A DNA stretch of 64,000 nt from Thermoproteota archaeon (GCA_037917685.1 JAVCBU010000012.1:128001-192000); one strand, 5' to 3'; positions 42,791 through 52,600 are shown, numbered from the stretch's first letter. Notes: generated by a model from the sequence alone, not told the origin. Made by a program: numbers and translations.

Positions 42791-43585
42791 TTGGGGTGGG
42801 CTAGGTCTTATACTCCGCAGGATGCTGCTGAGGCATGCGAGGTAATATCTGAGGCTTTGGATAGGAGGCTTGTGTTCTGTATTGTGGGGCTTTCGCAGGT
42901 GAGGTATGAGGGTAGGGCTGAGTCAACGCTTGACGTTGGGGATAGGATTATTATTGGAAAGCCTGACGGTTCGTTTCTTGTCCATAGGCCTATGGGGTAT
43001 TCGCCTGTTAACTGGCAGCCTCCGGGTGGCTTTTTCAAGGTTTGGGTTGAGAAGGATAGGCTTATACTCGAGGCTTTTAGGAGGAAGCCGTACGAGAGGG
43101 TTACTGTGAATTTTGAGGTTGTCTATGTGATTTTAACCATGAAGCTGGAGGATAAGGCCCGTTTCCATGTTTCCCTGGTTGAGGAGGAGATGCGGAAAGC
43201 TATTCTTAGAGCCCCAGACCTGGTTGAACCTGGTTTTAAGCCTATGGCTGAGGAGAAGCATATTGAGTCAGGCTTTATAGATGTCTATGGGTATGATAGG
43301 TCTGGTACGCCTGTTGTTGTAGAGATTAAGGCTAGAAAAGCCGGTGTTGACGCTGTGAACCAGCTTAAACGCTACATTGACGAGATTAGGTCTATGAAGG
43401 GATATGTTAGGGGTATTCTAGCTGCCCCCAGTATTACCTCTGATGCGCTATCTCTTTTAAAGAGTTATGGATTAGAATATAAGAAGCTAACACCCAAGAT
43501 GTGTACAAGGGTGCTGCAGGCTAGGCAGGCAAGGCTTGGAGAGTTCGTTGAGAGTGAAGGTGATGAAGGATTATCCGATGATTGA
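42791..43585 (+). CDS. nucS: Endonuclease NucS/EndoMS
   Basis: YEGRAES, KPDGSFLVH, PVNWQPPG, GFIDVYG, VVVEIK, QLKRY, PIP-like QARLGEF; start likely a TTG near 42791 rather than 42638. Confidence 0.92.
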   Translation: MGWARSYTPQDAAEACEVISEALDRRLVFCIVGLSQVRYEGRAESTLDVGDRIIIGKPDGSFLVHRPMGYSPVNWQPPGGFFKVWVEKDRLILEAFRRKPYERVTVNFEVVYVILTMKLEDKARFHVSLVEEEMRKAILRAPDLVEPGFKPMAEEKHIESGFIDVYGYDRSGTPVVVEIKARKAGVDAVNQLKRYIDEIRSMKGYVRGILAAPSITSDALSLLKSYGLEYKKLTPKMCTRVLQARQARLGEFVESEGDEGLSDD

Positions 43586-45869
43586 ATATGTTAGAATCAG
43601 AAATTTTAAGTCGTTTAGGAATGCCACGGTAAGGTTTAAGCCGGGGTATACGGCTATTACTGGCCCTAACGGGTCGGGGAAATCAAATATATTTGATGCT
43701 ATCTGCTTCACCCTCGGCATAGGTACTTTGAAGATGCTTAGAGCTGGGAGGCTTACGCACTTGGTTAGGAGAGGGGCTGATAAAGCGGAGGTTGAAGTAT
43801 CGATAAACCATTCTGGGAGGGTTCTCAGAGTTTATAGGAGGATTAATCCAAAGGGGGGCAGCGTTTACAAGCTTAACGGTAGAAGGATTAGTCTGAAAGA
43901 ACTTGAAGTTGAGCTTTCCAAGATTGGGATTCGAAAGTATGGGTATAATGTTGTATCACAGGGTGATATTACACTTATCATTGAAATGACTCCCAGGGAG
44001 CGGAGGCAGATCCTTGACGAGATCAGCGGGATTGCAGAGTTTGAGCAGAGAGAGAAGGAGATAATGTCTGAGCTTCAAAGGGTTAATGAGAAGCTCCGGG
44101 AGGCCGAGGCCATCCTGGGGGAGAGGAAGAAGAGAATAGAAGATTTAAAGACGCAGGTTGAAAGGCTAAAGGAGTACGTTGAAGCTGAAAGAATGTTAAG
44201 GGCTGCAGAGGCCGCATTGATGAGGGGTGAGATAGAAAAGCTTGAGGAGAGGATTAGAAACCTCAAAGTTGAGGAGCCGGACTTTGACGACTCCGCCCTT
44301 CGAAGCGTAGAGGAGAAACTTGCAAGAGCCGAAAGCAGAGTTCGAATGTTGGAGTCAAATCCCCTGCTCCGAAAGGCTTTTGAGGTTTCAGCTTTGGCTT
44401 TAGAGATTGAGAAGAAGAGGAGGCAGCTTTCAAAACTGTTGGAGAAGATAGAGATGTACGGTGGGTACTCTAGGCTTCCAAAGAGGGTAGTAGGTTCAGA
44501 CGGGTATATAGGCGTTGTTGGAGATATACTGAAACCGAAGACTGGATACGAGATTCCTTATACTGCAAGCCTTTGGGGTAGGCTTCGGGACATAGTGATT
44601 TCAACCTATGAACAAGCCGTTAAACTTGCAAATGCACTCTCTTCGTCTGGTAAGCGTTGGAGAATAATCCCACTGGACATTTTAAACGAGAAAGGAAGGG
44701 AGGACCCTCCGGAGTGGTCGTTAGGCTGCATGGCTGACTACGTGGAGTATGATGAAAGGTTTAAGTCCCTGGTTAACTTTTTGCTCGGTGGCACAGTCCT
44801 TGTAGAGAGGATTGGAGACGTCCCAAAGAGTTATGTGGGTAGTTGGAGGTTCGTGTCATTGGATGGTGTAGTGCTGGAGAGGAGTGGGATTCTAACCTGC
44901 GGGAAGGTTGGGAGGGAGGCTTTAGACAGAGCGGAATATGCGAATTTGATAGGGAAGGTTGAGGAGTTGAAATCAGAGATCAAAGATCTCGAAGGAAAAG
45001 TGGAGGGATATGATCCGGATGCTGCGAAATCCGTCCAGGACGAGTTGTATAGGATGAAAGGGATGGTTAAACAGCTTAGGGACAGGAGGGACCGGCTTAT
45101 CAGACTTAAGCTTGAGGCTGCGGAGAGAATAAGGCGTGCTGCATCGGAGATGGGTATGCTTAAAGCTAGAGTTGAAAGTTTAAAGGAGAGGCTTGCCCAG
45201 ATGGGTGATGTCCCAGAAATAGATCCATCAGAAGCTTTTGGGCTCGCTGAAAGAATGAAGCTTAAAATTAGACTTCTTTCACCTGTAAATCATAGGGCTG
45301 AGGAGGAGTATAAGGAAGCACTTGAGGAGTACGATAAAATTAACTTGCGTGTCAAGCTGGTTAGGGAGGAGAGGAATAAAATAATGGAAGCTCTTGAGGA
45401 GGTGAGAAGGGAGAGGAGAAGGGTCCTACAGGAAACATTAGATAGGCTTTCGAGGGAGTTTAACAGGGTATTTAAGGATTTAACTGGTGGGGAGGGTTTC
45501 CTTGAAGTCGACGACATTGAAGACCCGGGGTCCGGGCTTGAGATTAAAGTTAATCTCCCAGGCAAGAGGATGGCTACTATAGACCAGCTTTCCGGGGGTG
45601 AAAAGTCAATATCAGCACTAGCATTCATAGTTGCTATTCAGAAGCTTAGGCCAGCCCCGTTTTACCTTTTTGATGAGGCAGATCTTATGCTTGACCCGAG
45701 AAATGCTAGAAAATATGTTGAAATGCTCAGGAAGATGGGGAAGGAATGCCAGGTTATAGCTATATCTCTTAAGAGGGAAACCGTGGAGCCTGCAGATCAC
45801 ATAATAGGAGTTACGATGAGAGATGGCGTCTCTAAGATAGTAGCAGTTGACATGGGTGAGGAACCATGA
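43578..45869 (+). CDS. smc: SMC protein with unusually short coiled-coil arms
   Basis: NFKSF, GPNGSGKSN, SQG, hinge (GYIGVVGDIL...DGVVLERSGILTCG), LSGGEKS, LFDEAD; about 763 aa. Confidence 0.92.
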   Translation: MIEYVRIRNFKSFRNATVRFKPGYTAITGPNGSGKSNIFDAICFTLGIGTLKMLRAGRLTHLVRRGADKAEVEVSINHSGRVLRVYRRINPKGGSVYKLNGRRISLKELEVELSKIGIRKYGYNVVSQGDITLIIEMTPRERRQILDEISGIAEFEQREKEIMSELQRVNEKLREAEAILGERKKRIEDLKTQVERLKEYVEAERMLRAAEAALMRGEIEKLEERIRNLKVEEPDFDDSALRSVEEKLARAESRVRMLESNPLLRKAFEVSALALEIEKKRRQLSKLLEKIEMYGGYSRLPKRVVGSDGYIGVVGDILKPKTGYEIPYTASLWGRLRDIVISTYEQAVKLANALSSSGKRWRIIPLDILNEKGREDPPEWSLGCMADYVEYDERFKSLVNFLLGGTVLVERIGDVPKSYVGSWRFVSLDGVVLERSGILTCGKVGREALDRAEYANLIGKVEELKSEIKDLEGKVEGYDPDAAKSVQDELYRMKGMVKQLRDRRDRLIRLKLEAAERIRRAASEMGMLKARVESLKERLAQMGDVPEIDPSEAFGLAERMKLKIRLLSPVNHRAEEEYKEALEEYDKINLRVKLVREERNKIMEALEEVRRERRRVLQETLDRLSREFNRVFKDLTGGEGFLEVDDIEDPGSGLEIKVNLPGKRMATIDQLSGGEKSISALAFIVAIQKLRPAPFYLFDEADLMLDPRNARKYVEMLRKMGKECQVIAISLKRETVEPADHIIGVTMRDGVSKIVAVDMGEEP

Positions 45870-46405
45870 GCTTACAGGATAAGATCAGGTTTATCCTTGA
45901 GAGGTTTAGAGAGACGCTTGACATAGCCTGGGCAGGTAGAGAGTTATTATCCATAGCGAGAATCGTGAGAAAACATGCGGAAGAGATACTGTCCCGGAAG
46001 ACCGAGGTGAAAAGAAACAGGCAGAGAATAAGAGTCGACAGAGAGTTAAAGTATGATTTGCAACCAAAGCGTGCAAGGATACCTGCCCGGAAGCCAGGAT
46101 CTGAGCAGCTTGAGAAGAGTGTAAAATGGGTGATCGCAAGGCTCTCCATAAGAAGGGCGTTAGAGGAGAGAATATTGTTGGAGGCTAAAGATTTGTACAG
46201 GGATATAGAGAGAAGCTACAGGTTTATTATAAAACTACTGTCAAAGTTCGGGGTAAAAAGAATAGAGTTTTCAAAGATCGCGAAAACAAGAAGTGAGAGA
46301 GCAACATTACTCATATCAATACTCCACCTCCATGCAGATGGGAGAATAGACGTACACCAGGACAAGCTTTATGGTGAGATAATTCTTGAACTACGAAAAG
46401 GTTGA
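45866..46405 (+). CDS. scpA: Short kleisin ScpA
   Basis: LDIAWAGRELLSIARIVRKHAEEIL N-terminal helix; C-terminal wHTH ISILHLHADGRIDVHQDKLYGEI; lies between smc and scpB. Confidence 0.8.
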   Translation: MSLQDKIRFILERFRETLDIAWAGRELLSIARIVRKHAEEILSRKTEVKRNRQRIRVDRELKYDLQPKRARIPARKPGSEQLEKSVKWVIARLSIRRALEERILLEAKDLYRDIERSYRFIIKLLSKFGVKRIEFSKIAKTRSERATLLISILHLHADGRIDVHQDKLYGEIILELRKG

Positions 46406-46883
46406 AAGGCTCGTTGAGGCTGCATTATTCATAGCGGGGAGACCTCTTAGCAAAGAAGAAATATCAAAACTAACTGGAGTCGAAGAGACTGATGTAGAAG
46501 AAATAGTGGAGAGGCTGAATCAGAGATATAGGGAGCTTTCATTTCACATAGTTAAATCTTGGAACGGGTGGGAGATGAGGCTAAAGCCTGAGTATGAGGA
46601 GAAAGTTGGGGAGGCAGCCTTGAAGGTTGAACTAACGACAGGAGAGCTTAGAACACTGGCAGCAATTATAGAACTTCAACCAGTAACCCTCTCTTACCTC
46701 GCAAAGGTAAGAGGAAGCAGAGCATATCTTGACGTGAAGAAGCTTAAGAAAATGGGACTGGTGAGAACCCAAAAGGGTGAGGGTAGGAGCCCAATAGTTA
46801 AAACAACAAAGGTTGTAAAATCATACTTCAACATTGTGGAGCGGAAACCCAAAAAAGAGGGGGAAGCAAAACCTCCCGTATAG
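46386..46883 (+). CDS. scpB: KITE subunit ScpB
   Basis: VEAALFIAGRPLS, LRTLAAIIELQPVT...VRG. Confidence 0.92.
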   Translation: MNYEKVERLVEAALFIAGRPLSKEEISKLTGVEETDVEEIVERLNQRYRELSFHIVKSWNGWEMRLKPEYEEKVGEAALKVELTTGELRTLAAIIELQPVTLSYLAKVRGSRAYLDVKKLKKMGLVRTQKGEGRSPIVKTTKVVKSYFNIVERKPKKEGEAKPPV

Positions 46884-46965
46884 CTGGAAGTAATAGGCAT
46901 CAGAGGGTTAACCGGTAATCATATTGTTATTTATAATCAATCCCATTTACTAGGAGGTTGAATTC

Positions 46966-47829
46966 ATGTTTAGTCGCTGGGATAGAAACTTGCTGGGTAT
47001 GGCTAGACGTCCAGGCGTTAAGGAACTGTGGAAAACAGCAGTGGAGAGGCAAGGTAGCATGATCCCGGCTGTCAGGGGTGAGATGCTTAGTATTTCCCCT
47101 CGTAAAGCCCTTTTCACATCAGGCTTCCCTGTTTTCGGTCAGCGACCTGAAACAGACGGTCCTCCGGGGATTGCGTGTCTCCTCAACGCCTTTGAAAGCG
47201 CCGAGCTTACCATTCTCGTTGACACTGACTTCTACAAGACGTTTAAAGACTTATTCCATGAGATGGCTAAACAGGGATTTACACCATATGTAGAAGTCGC
47301 CACCCTAAATGAGGTTGGGGAAAACTATCAGATCGCCATTTCAATAGAGAAGCCAGGCGTAAACCGTGCTGGCATATACCATAACATGTCGGGTCACAAT
47401 ATTTCCGCTCTAGTTGACCCTATAGATTATTTTCTGCTAGAGCTTAAGGAGAGGGGTACATATACGGTGGGCATCGGCGATGGAGGCAATGAAGCTGGAA
47501 TGGGCCTTATTGAAGACGTGGTTAGGAAGCACGTCCCCTATGGCAATGTTTGTAGGTGTCCTTGCCGCCGGGGAATAGCCTCTAGTGTAACGTTTGACAG
47601 GCTCATCGTCGCTGAAGTCTCGAACTGGGGAGGCTTAGTATTGTCCATGGCACTCGGAGGCAAGCCATCGAGATTATGGAGAGCATACAAGGCCTGCTTC
47701 AAGTTGATGGTCAAAAACGGGTTTGTGGATGGAATAACAGGTGAAGGGGGATACACTGAGGATTCTAACCCTATTACAAGAGCAGAAGTAATATTCTCAG
47801 TGCTATCATCAAGGGCTAATGAGACATAA
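46966..47829 (+). CDS. DUF4392 / D-glutamate cyclase family protein
   Basis: ETDGPPG, IEKPG, IGDGGNEAGMG, VSNWGG, DGITG. Confidence 0.88.
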   Translation: MFSRWDRNLLGMARRPGVKELWKTAVERQGSMIPAVRGEMLSISPRKALFTSGFPVFGQRPETDGPPGIACLLNAFESAELTILVDTDFYKTFKDLFHEMAKQGFTPYVEVATLNEVGENYQIAISIEKPGVNRAGIYHNMSGHNISALVDPIDYFLLELKERGTYTVGIGDGGNEAGMGLIEDVVRKHVPYGNVCRCPCRRGIASSVTFDRLIVAEVSNWGGLVLSMALGGKPSRLWRAYKACFKLMVKNGFVDGITGEGGYTEDSNPITRAEVIFSVLSSRANET

Positions 47830-47841
47830 AGCACTTCTTTG

Positions 47842-48786
47842 TCAGGTGATCTTCCAGCCAAATTTGTCTTTAAGCTCTTCAAACAATATGTAGATCCCCT
47901 GTGGGGGGAAAATCCCTTCCTCTGTTATCAGAACGTCTATATATCTTGCTGGTGTTACATCATGCAATGGGTTCCTAGCTTTCAGCTTCTCTGATATCTT
48001 AAGGAGCTCGGGACCCACTATCTCGGTCTCATCGCCCTCCTCGATTTCTATCATCTCGCCAAGTAGGGTTGTTGGACTCATCTTGTACGTTCCAAGGGCC
48101 ATCATAACTCTAACTCTCGCCTCATGGGCTAGAGCTGCTATCATTGAGGTTCCAACCTTGCCGACTACAGCTCCGTTAACAGTGATTGCGTCTCCTCCTA
48201 CCAAAACCTTGTCTACCTCCTCCATGAAGACTCTTGCTGCTGCATCCGTTATTATTGTTGTGTCAAAGCCCAGCTTTGCTGTTTCAACCGCCATCTGTCT
48301 ACCTTCAAGCTTCGGTCTTGCCTCTGTAATGTAGATTTTCAGTTTAAGACCTATTTCTGAGGCCTTGGAAAGTAGTGATAGAACTGTCGTGCTGTACCCG
48401 TGGGTTAGAATGGTGTCTCCCGGCTCAAGCCTTCTGACTCCTATCTCCGCTATTTTCATTTTAGCCTCTTCTATTTCCTTCCCAAAAGTGTCAGCAGCCT
48501 CAAATGTTACCCTCCTTAAATCTTCTATCTTGTTTGAATCCATCTTCTCGACTCTACCAAGCACGTATGAAACACAGTTCTGTAGGCTTGCGGAGGATTT
48601 TCTAGCCATTCTAAGCTCGGAGCAAAGCCTCCGGATCTCCTTTAAATAGTCCTCCCCACTATACTCCCTGGAGAAGATTTTAAAGACTTTTACCGCTGCT
48701 AGGGCTGTATCGTCAGCGCTCGCGATCTCCTTCCTTTCAATATCACTAATAATCCTCCTAACCTCGGAGAAGCCCATATGGTACAC
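47842..48786 (-). CDS. eIF-2B alpha/beta/delta family protein (aIF-2B / ribose-1,5-bisphosphate isomerase-like)
   Basis: ILTHGYSTTV, TEARPKLEG, VLVGGDAI...KVGT, DVTP..YID.LITEEG. Confidence 0.85.
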   Translation of the reverse strand: MYHMGFSEVRRIISDIERKEIASADDTALAAVKVFKIFSREYSGEDYLKEIRRLCSELRMARKSSASLQNCVSYVLGRVEKMDSNKIEDLRRVTFEAADTFGKEIEEAKMKIAEIGVRRLEPGDTILTHGYSTTVLSLLSKASEIGLKLKIYITEARPKLEGRQMAVETAKLGFDTTIITDAAARVFMEEVDKVLVGGDAITVNGAVVGKVGTSMIAALAHEARVRVMMALGTYKMSPTTLLGEMIEIEEGDETEIVGPELLKISEKLKARNPLHDVTPARYIDVLITEEGIFPPQGIYILFEELKDKFGWKIT

Positions 48787-48860
48787 CTCGGTTAAAGCAT
48801 ATCATTACATGACAAACCTTGAATAAAATGTTATAATGGACAAGAAAGGCCAAATAGGTA

Positions 48861-49394
48861 ATGGACTCAAGAAGCCGAAAGGTAATATTTCTCGCCCACT
48901 GCATACTAAACCAGAACTCTGTGGTCCTAGGCCTTGCAAGAAGGCCAGCGGCATTCAAGGAGGTAGTTACATGCTTGATGGAGAAGGACGTAGGAATAAT
49001 ACAAATGAAATGCCCCGAAACAACATATGCAGGGTTGCTGAGATTCCAGCAGTCCGTTGAACAATACTCAAATCCATTCTTTAGAGAACACTGCAGGAAA
49101 ATAGCCGTTGAAACAGTTAAGCTTGCCGAGGAATACCTGAGATGCGGATACAAGGTGCTGGGAATAGTAGGCATAAAGGGGAGCCCCTCATGCGGGGTAT
49201 CTCTAACAACATCAGCAAGCTACGGTGGGCCTCCCGAGAAAAGGAAGGAGAGGAAAATCCCGAAACCAGGAGTATTTATAGAGGAACTATCTAAACTCTT
49301 ATCCAGCAGGGAATTAGACTTGAAACTTTTAGAACTCGACCCTAAAAACCCGGCAGCGTTCATAGACACCATTGAAACATTAAAACAAGCCTAA
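48861..49394 (+). CDS. DUF523 / TudS-related putative thio-nucleobase desulfidase
   Basis: AHCILNQNS, KCPE and GSPSCG Fe-S ligands. Confidence 0.8.
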   Translation: MDSRSRKVIFLAHCILNQNSVVLGLARRPAAFKEVVTCLMEKDVGIIQMKCPETTYAGLLRFQQSVEQYSNPFFREHCRKIAVETVKLAEEYLRCGYKVLGIVGIKGSPSCGVSLTTSASYGGPPEKRKERKIPKPGVFIEELSKLLSSRELDLKLLELDPKNPAAFIDTIETLKQA

Positions 49395-49436
49395 TGGAAT
49401 TCATGCTTAAATCTTTAAAAATCAATAGATAATAGG

Positions 49437-49934
49437 ATGGATGTCCCCGAGATAGCCTCCAAGCTAATAGAAACCGATTCTACCCCTAGCAGTGGAGAGA
49501 GAAGTATAGCATTCAAAATTAGAGAGATGCTTAAAGAACTCCCGTTAGAAGTAGAAATCCAGGAATACTCCAAAAACAATGTCAACCTTCTAGCCTATAC
49601 GAAACCAGCAGGGAAAGTTAGAATAATCCTTATGGGACATATGGACACAGTTCCAGCATTTAAAGGCTGGACCACCAGCCCCTTCAAGCCACTGTTAAAG
49701 GGGGGATATGTCTACGGCCTCGGATCGGCAGATATGAAAGGCGCACTCGCATGTATGATAAAAGCGGCGGAAAACTCGCTGGAAAAGGAGTTTAGTTTCG
49801 CTCTGGGATTCACAGCCGAGGAGGAAACCACGATGGCGGGAGCAGACATATTAGCCTCGACGCTGAGGAGAAAATTCCCTTCTTTAAAGCTTGCAGTAGT
49901 CGGCGAGTCAACCAACATGAGAATATTCAGCTAG
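49437..49934 (+). pseudogene. Truncated M20 (ArgE/DapE-like) metallopeptidase
   Basis: GHMDTVP, GLGSADMKG, EEET, VVGES; stops at 165 aa, before the dimerisation domain. Confidence 0.8.
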
Positions 49935-50016
49935 AGCACCCTATATCAAACTCCATGTTATAGTTTTAAGCCGAACCTCGGCAGTTGAGGTAATGGTTTA
50001 CGTGAAGGTTGAAAGT

Positions 50017-50080
50017 TGGAGGTCAGGCCTGGCCTTTACATCACTGAGCTCTGTTAACTCCGACTTCCATCATCCCTCCA
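50017..50080 (-). ncRNA. Archaeal C/D-box methylation guide sRNA
   Basis: TGGAGG-G-ATGATGG(C)-13 nt-CAGA(D')-GCTCA-GTGATGT(C')-11 nt-CTGA(D)-CCTCCA, with a perfect 6-bp terminal stem. Confidence 0.8.
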
Positions 50081-50309
50081 CAAGTAATAATTCACAATTG
50101 AATTTTAACTTATCGGGTATGAGAGAAAGGGTGGTGTACCGGGTTTGCCATCTAGATTTCAAATAGTATCCTATAATTTTCATTGTTTACTCGACGGTTC
50201 CTACTGGGATTCCCCACTGTAAAATTTCTAAGTTAAGATTAGAGTCTATTTGCGGGTGTGGATTCCTCCACCTTTTGATGGCTGATTGTGGGGCCCGACA
50301 GGTTTTAGT

Positions 50310-50729
50310 CTATTCTGTTATTCTTTTAACACCTTCTATCTTGTCATAGTCTGTGTCATAACTATATATCTCGTTTATGCCGTGTTTCCGCATTATCTCT
50401 ACGGCTAGAGCGTCGTTCACCCCTATTTCTTCTTCAGAAGCCATGGCTGTTGCTAGCCTGTATTCCCCGCTGGTTACGTCCCATACTTTCACGTTTGGGA
50501 GTGTAATTATTGACTTTACGATTTCTATGGATTGCTTGAGGGGTATCCTTGCCTCAAGTATATTTGCGACTTCGGACAGGTGGACCACTGTTGTGGCCAC
50601 CTTCTCCCCTTCCTCTATCCTGCCGATTATCTTCTTGGCGTTTTCCTTTAGGGTTTTCAGTTTGCTTGGAAGTTCCTTCTTTGGCTTTAAGTATGCATAT
50701 AGGAATACAGATGCGTCGACGAATCTCAT
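50310..50729 (-). CDS. vapC: VapC PIN-domain toxin
   Basis: FVDASVF, HLSEV, VNDAL, IYSYDTDYD. Confidence 0.92.
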   Translation of the reverse strand: MRFVDASVFLYAYLKPKKELPSKLKTLKENAKKIIGRIEEGEKVATTVVHLSEVANILEARIPLKQSIEIVKSIITLPNVKVWDVTSGEYRLATAMASEEEIGVNDALAVEIMRKHGINEIYSYDTDYDKIEGVKRITE

Positions 50730-51011
50730 TTAACCAGCCAGTAAAGCATTTTTAAGCCTGTTGTAGTCTGAGAAGGCTTCTGGAGGTATGTCAACCTCTA
50801 CTAAGTCGAAGAACGAGGTTAAATTCTTCCTCCTGACAGGTGTAATTGTAAGGATGTCACCTCTAACAATAGCTAGGACTACCCTGTCCCTTAGTTTGGA
50901 CCTAAACTCTTTGGGAAGAACTATTCTACCATTTTTATCCACATTTAGATATTTGACCATATCCATAATTTCCCATATTAAAATAATCCTCCATATTTTA
51001 ATATTTTCCAC
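50730..51011 (-). CDS. vapB: AbrB-type VapB antitoxin
   Basis: VDKNGRIVLPKEFR directly upstream of vapC; true start probably ATG 50960. Confidence 0.85.
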   Translation of the reverse strand: MENIKIWRIILIWEIMDMVKYLNVDKNGRIVLPKEFRSKLRDRVVLAIVRGDILTITPVRRKNLTSFFDLVEVDIPPEAFSDYNRLKNALLAG

Positions 51012-51370
51012 ATCTCTATGGCTGGCGGTTATGGTTTGTTAAAATGTACCTCTCCGTTGTTGAGGTTTCCCACATGCTGAGCTTTCAGGCTTTGACATGC
51101 GGCTATCCAGCCTGTGTTTCCCGCGTATCAGGTAAATCATGCGGATGTTATAGTTAGGATTAAAGGGTGAACTGAGACATATACCAGGACTAATTAGGTT
51201 AATTGGATGAACAAACCGCTTAGATTTTAGCCGGTGCATACCTGAAATTTTGGTGTTAGAGTACGCTATGATCCGGGGGTTTCCGTCGTGTCCCCAAGTC
51301 CGGAAGATGTTAAATATTGGGTGTGGGCTTATAGGTTTAGAAAAGCTGTGGCATGTGAGGATTGGTATAA

Positions 51371-52600
51371 TTGCCTATGAAGATTAGTCAGAGTCTATGT
51401 GTGTCTTGTAAGGGTAGCAGAAAGCTTTGTGGAAGGCCTGTTTGCCCAATCCTTCTAAGGCTTAAAAGCCAGGTAGAAGTTTCAGGCAGGGTTAGCGGCC
51501 GTTTTGTTTACGGGGATTCTCCACCCTCAGCCCTTGTAGGCGAATGGGGGTATCCAAGGGTTAGGGTGGGGCCGTCCGTTGTACCCTTTATAAGCGTGGA
51601 GGCTTCTCTCTATGATAATCCTGAAAGATGGTGGGGGAACATAGGGCTTGAGGATATTATAAGGCTTAGATCTACACAGGTTTACTCATTCTTTACCACC
51701 AGGATCCGGCGGCTTGCGGCGAACAAGCTTCTGGAATCCGTGAGAGAGATTTCACTGTCTTCAAGGCCTGTCTACACGGAAGCTGAGCTTTCTAAGCCTC
51801 CGAGGGTTAGATTATGGTTTGACGGGGTGCTGGCCCCTGTCGGTCCTACGGGGTGGGCTAAGAGTCTTAGCGTTGATAATCCTCATGTTCCAAGACGTGT
51901 TGACCAGCTGGTTAGCGATGTTGATGCTAAAGCTAGGGTTGCCGCTGTTGAGCTTTACAACGCTGGGATATCCGTCTATCATATTGTTAGGCTTCTCCAG
52001 GCAGGCCTTCTCGGGGTTAGGGTTGAAAGACGGCTTGTCCCTACGAGATGGGCTATAACAGCGGTTGACAGTATGCTTGGAGACGAGCTGAAAAGGAAGG
52101 TTAGATATTACAAGGAGCTTGGAAGCCTGCTTCTATTCCATACAGATTACATTGGGAACCATTATGAGATTCTGCTTCTGCCGGGTGTGTACATGCTTGA
52201 AGTTGTTGAGGTGTGGCTTCCGAGAAGCGTGTGGGTTAAGGGTGGGAAGCCTTACATAGCTTCGAACGTGGAAACCCTGTATACAAAAGGGTTCAAGTTT
52301 ATGGATGGGGGGCATTACGCTATGAGACTGCCCATTCTCGAGTATCTACACAAGATTAGACGCCAGGCTACAGTACTCGCGGTGAGAGAGGTCAGACCCG
52401 AGTACTATGCTCCGGTTGGATGCTGGCAGATTAGAGAGAGTGTTCGAAACGCTTTAAGGGGAGAGCCTGAAAAGCCTGAAACTATAGGGGAGGCCTTAGA
52501 GCTTATGTCAGGCAGGCTTAAGGCCAGTTTAGAATTGATTGTTAAGTCTTCAAGCATAGCTATGGGATACGGGAGACAGAGAAAGCTGATAGACTACTAG
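51371..52600 (+). CDS. nreA: Nre family DNA repair protein
   Basis: CVSCKGSRKLCGRPVCP, SPPSALVG...YP, LVPTRWAITAVD, VGCWQIRE, C-terminal PIP box QRKLIDY. Confidence 0.93.
   Translation: MPMKISQSLCVSCKGSRKLCGRPVCPILLRLKSQVEVSGRVSGRFVYGDSPPSALVGEWGYPRVRVGPSVVPFISVEASLYDNPERWWGNIGLEDIIRLRSTQVYSFFTTRIRRLAANKLLESVREISLSSRPVYTEAELSKPPRVRLWFDGVLAPVGPTGWAKSLSVDNPHVPRRVDQLVSDVDAKARVAAVELYNAGISVYHIVRLLQAGLLGVRVERRLVPTRWAITAVDSMLGDELKRKVRYYKELGSLLLFHTDYIGNHYEILLLPGVYMLEVVEVWLPRSVWVKGGKPYIASNVETLYTKGFKFMDGGHYAMRLPILEYLHKIRRQATVLAVREVRPEYYAPVGCWQIRESVRNALRGEPEKPETIGEALELMSGRLKASLELIVKSSSIAMGYGRQRKLIDY

Noticed and set aside
43578-45869. Calling the short SMC a Rad50, Sph or Wadjet JetC
   Set aside because: It has a globular Smc hinge rather than a CxxC hook, canonical ScpA/ScpB follow, and there is no Mre11 or TOPRIM JetD
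51039-51305. 66-aa minus-strand ORF and a GC-rich hairpin near 51272-51305
   Set aside because: No recognisable motif, atypical composition, and no family assignment possible
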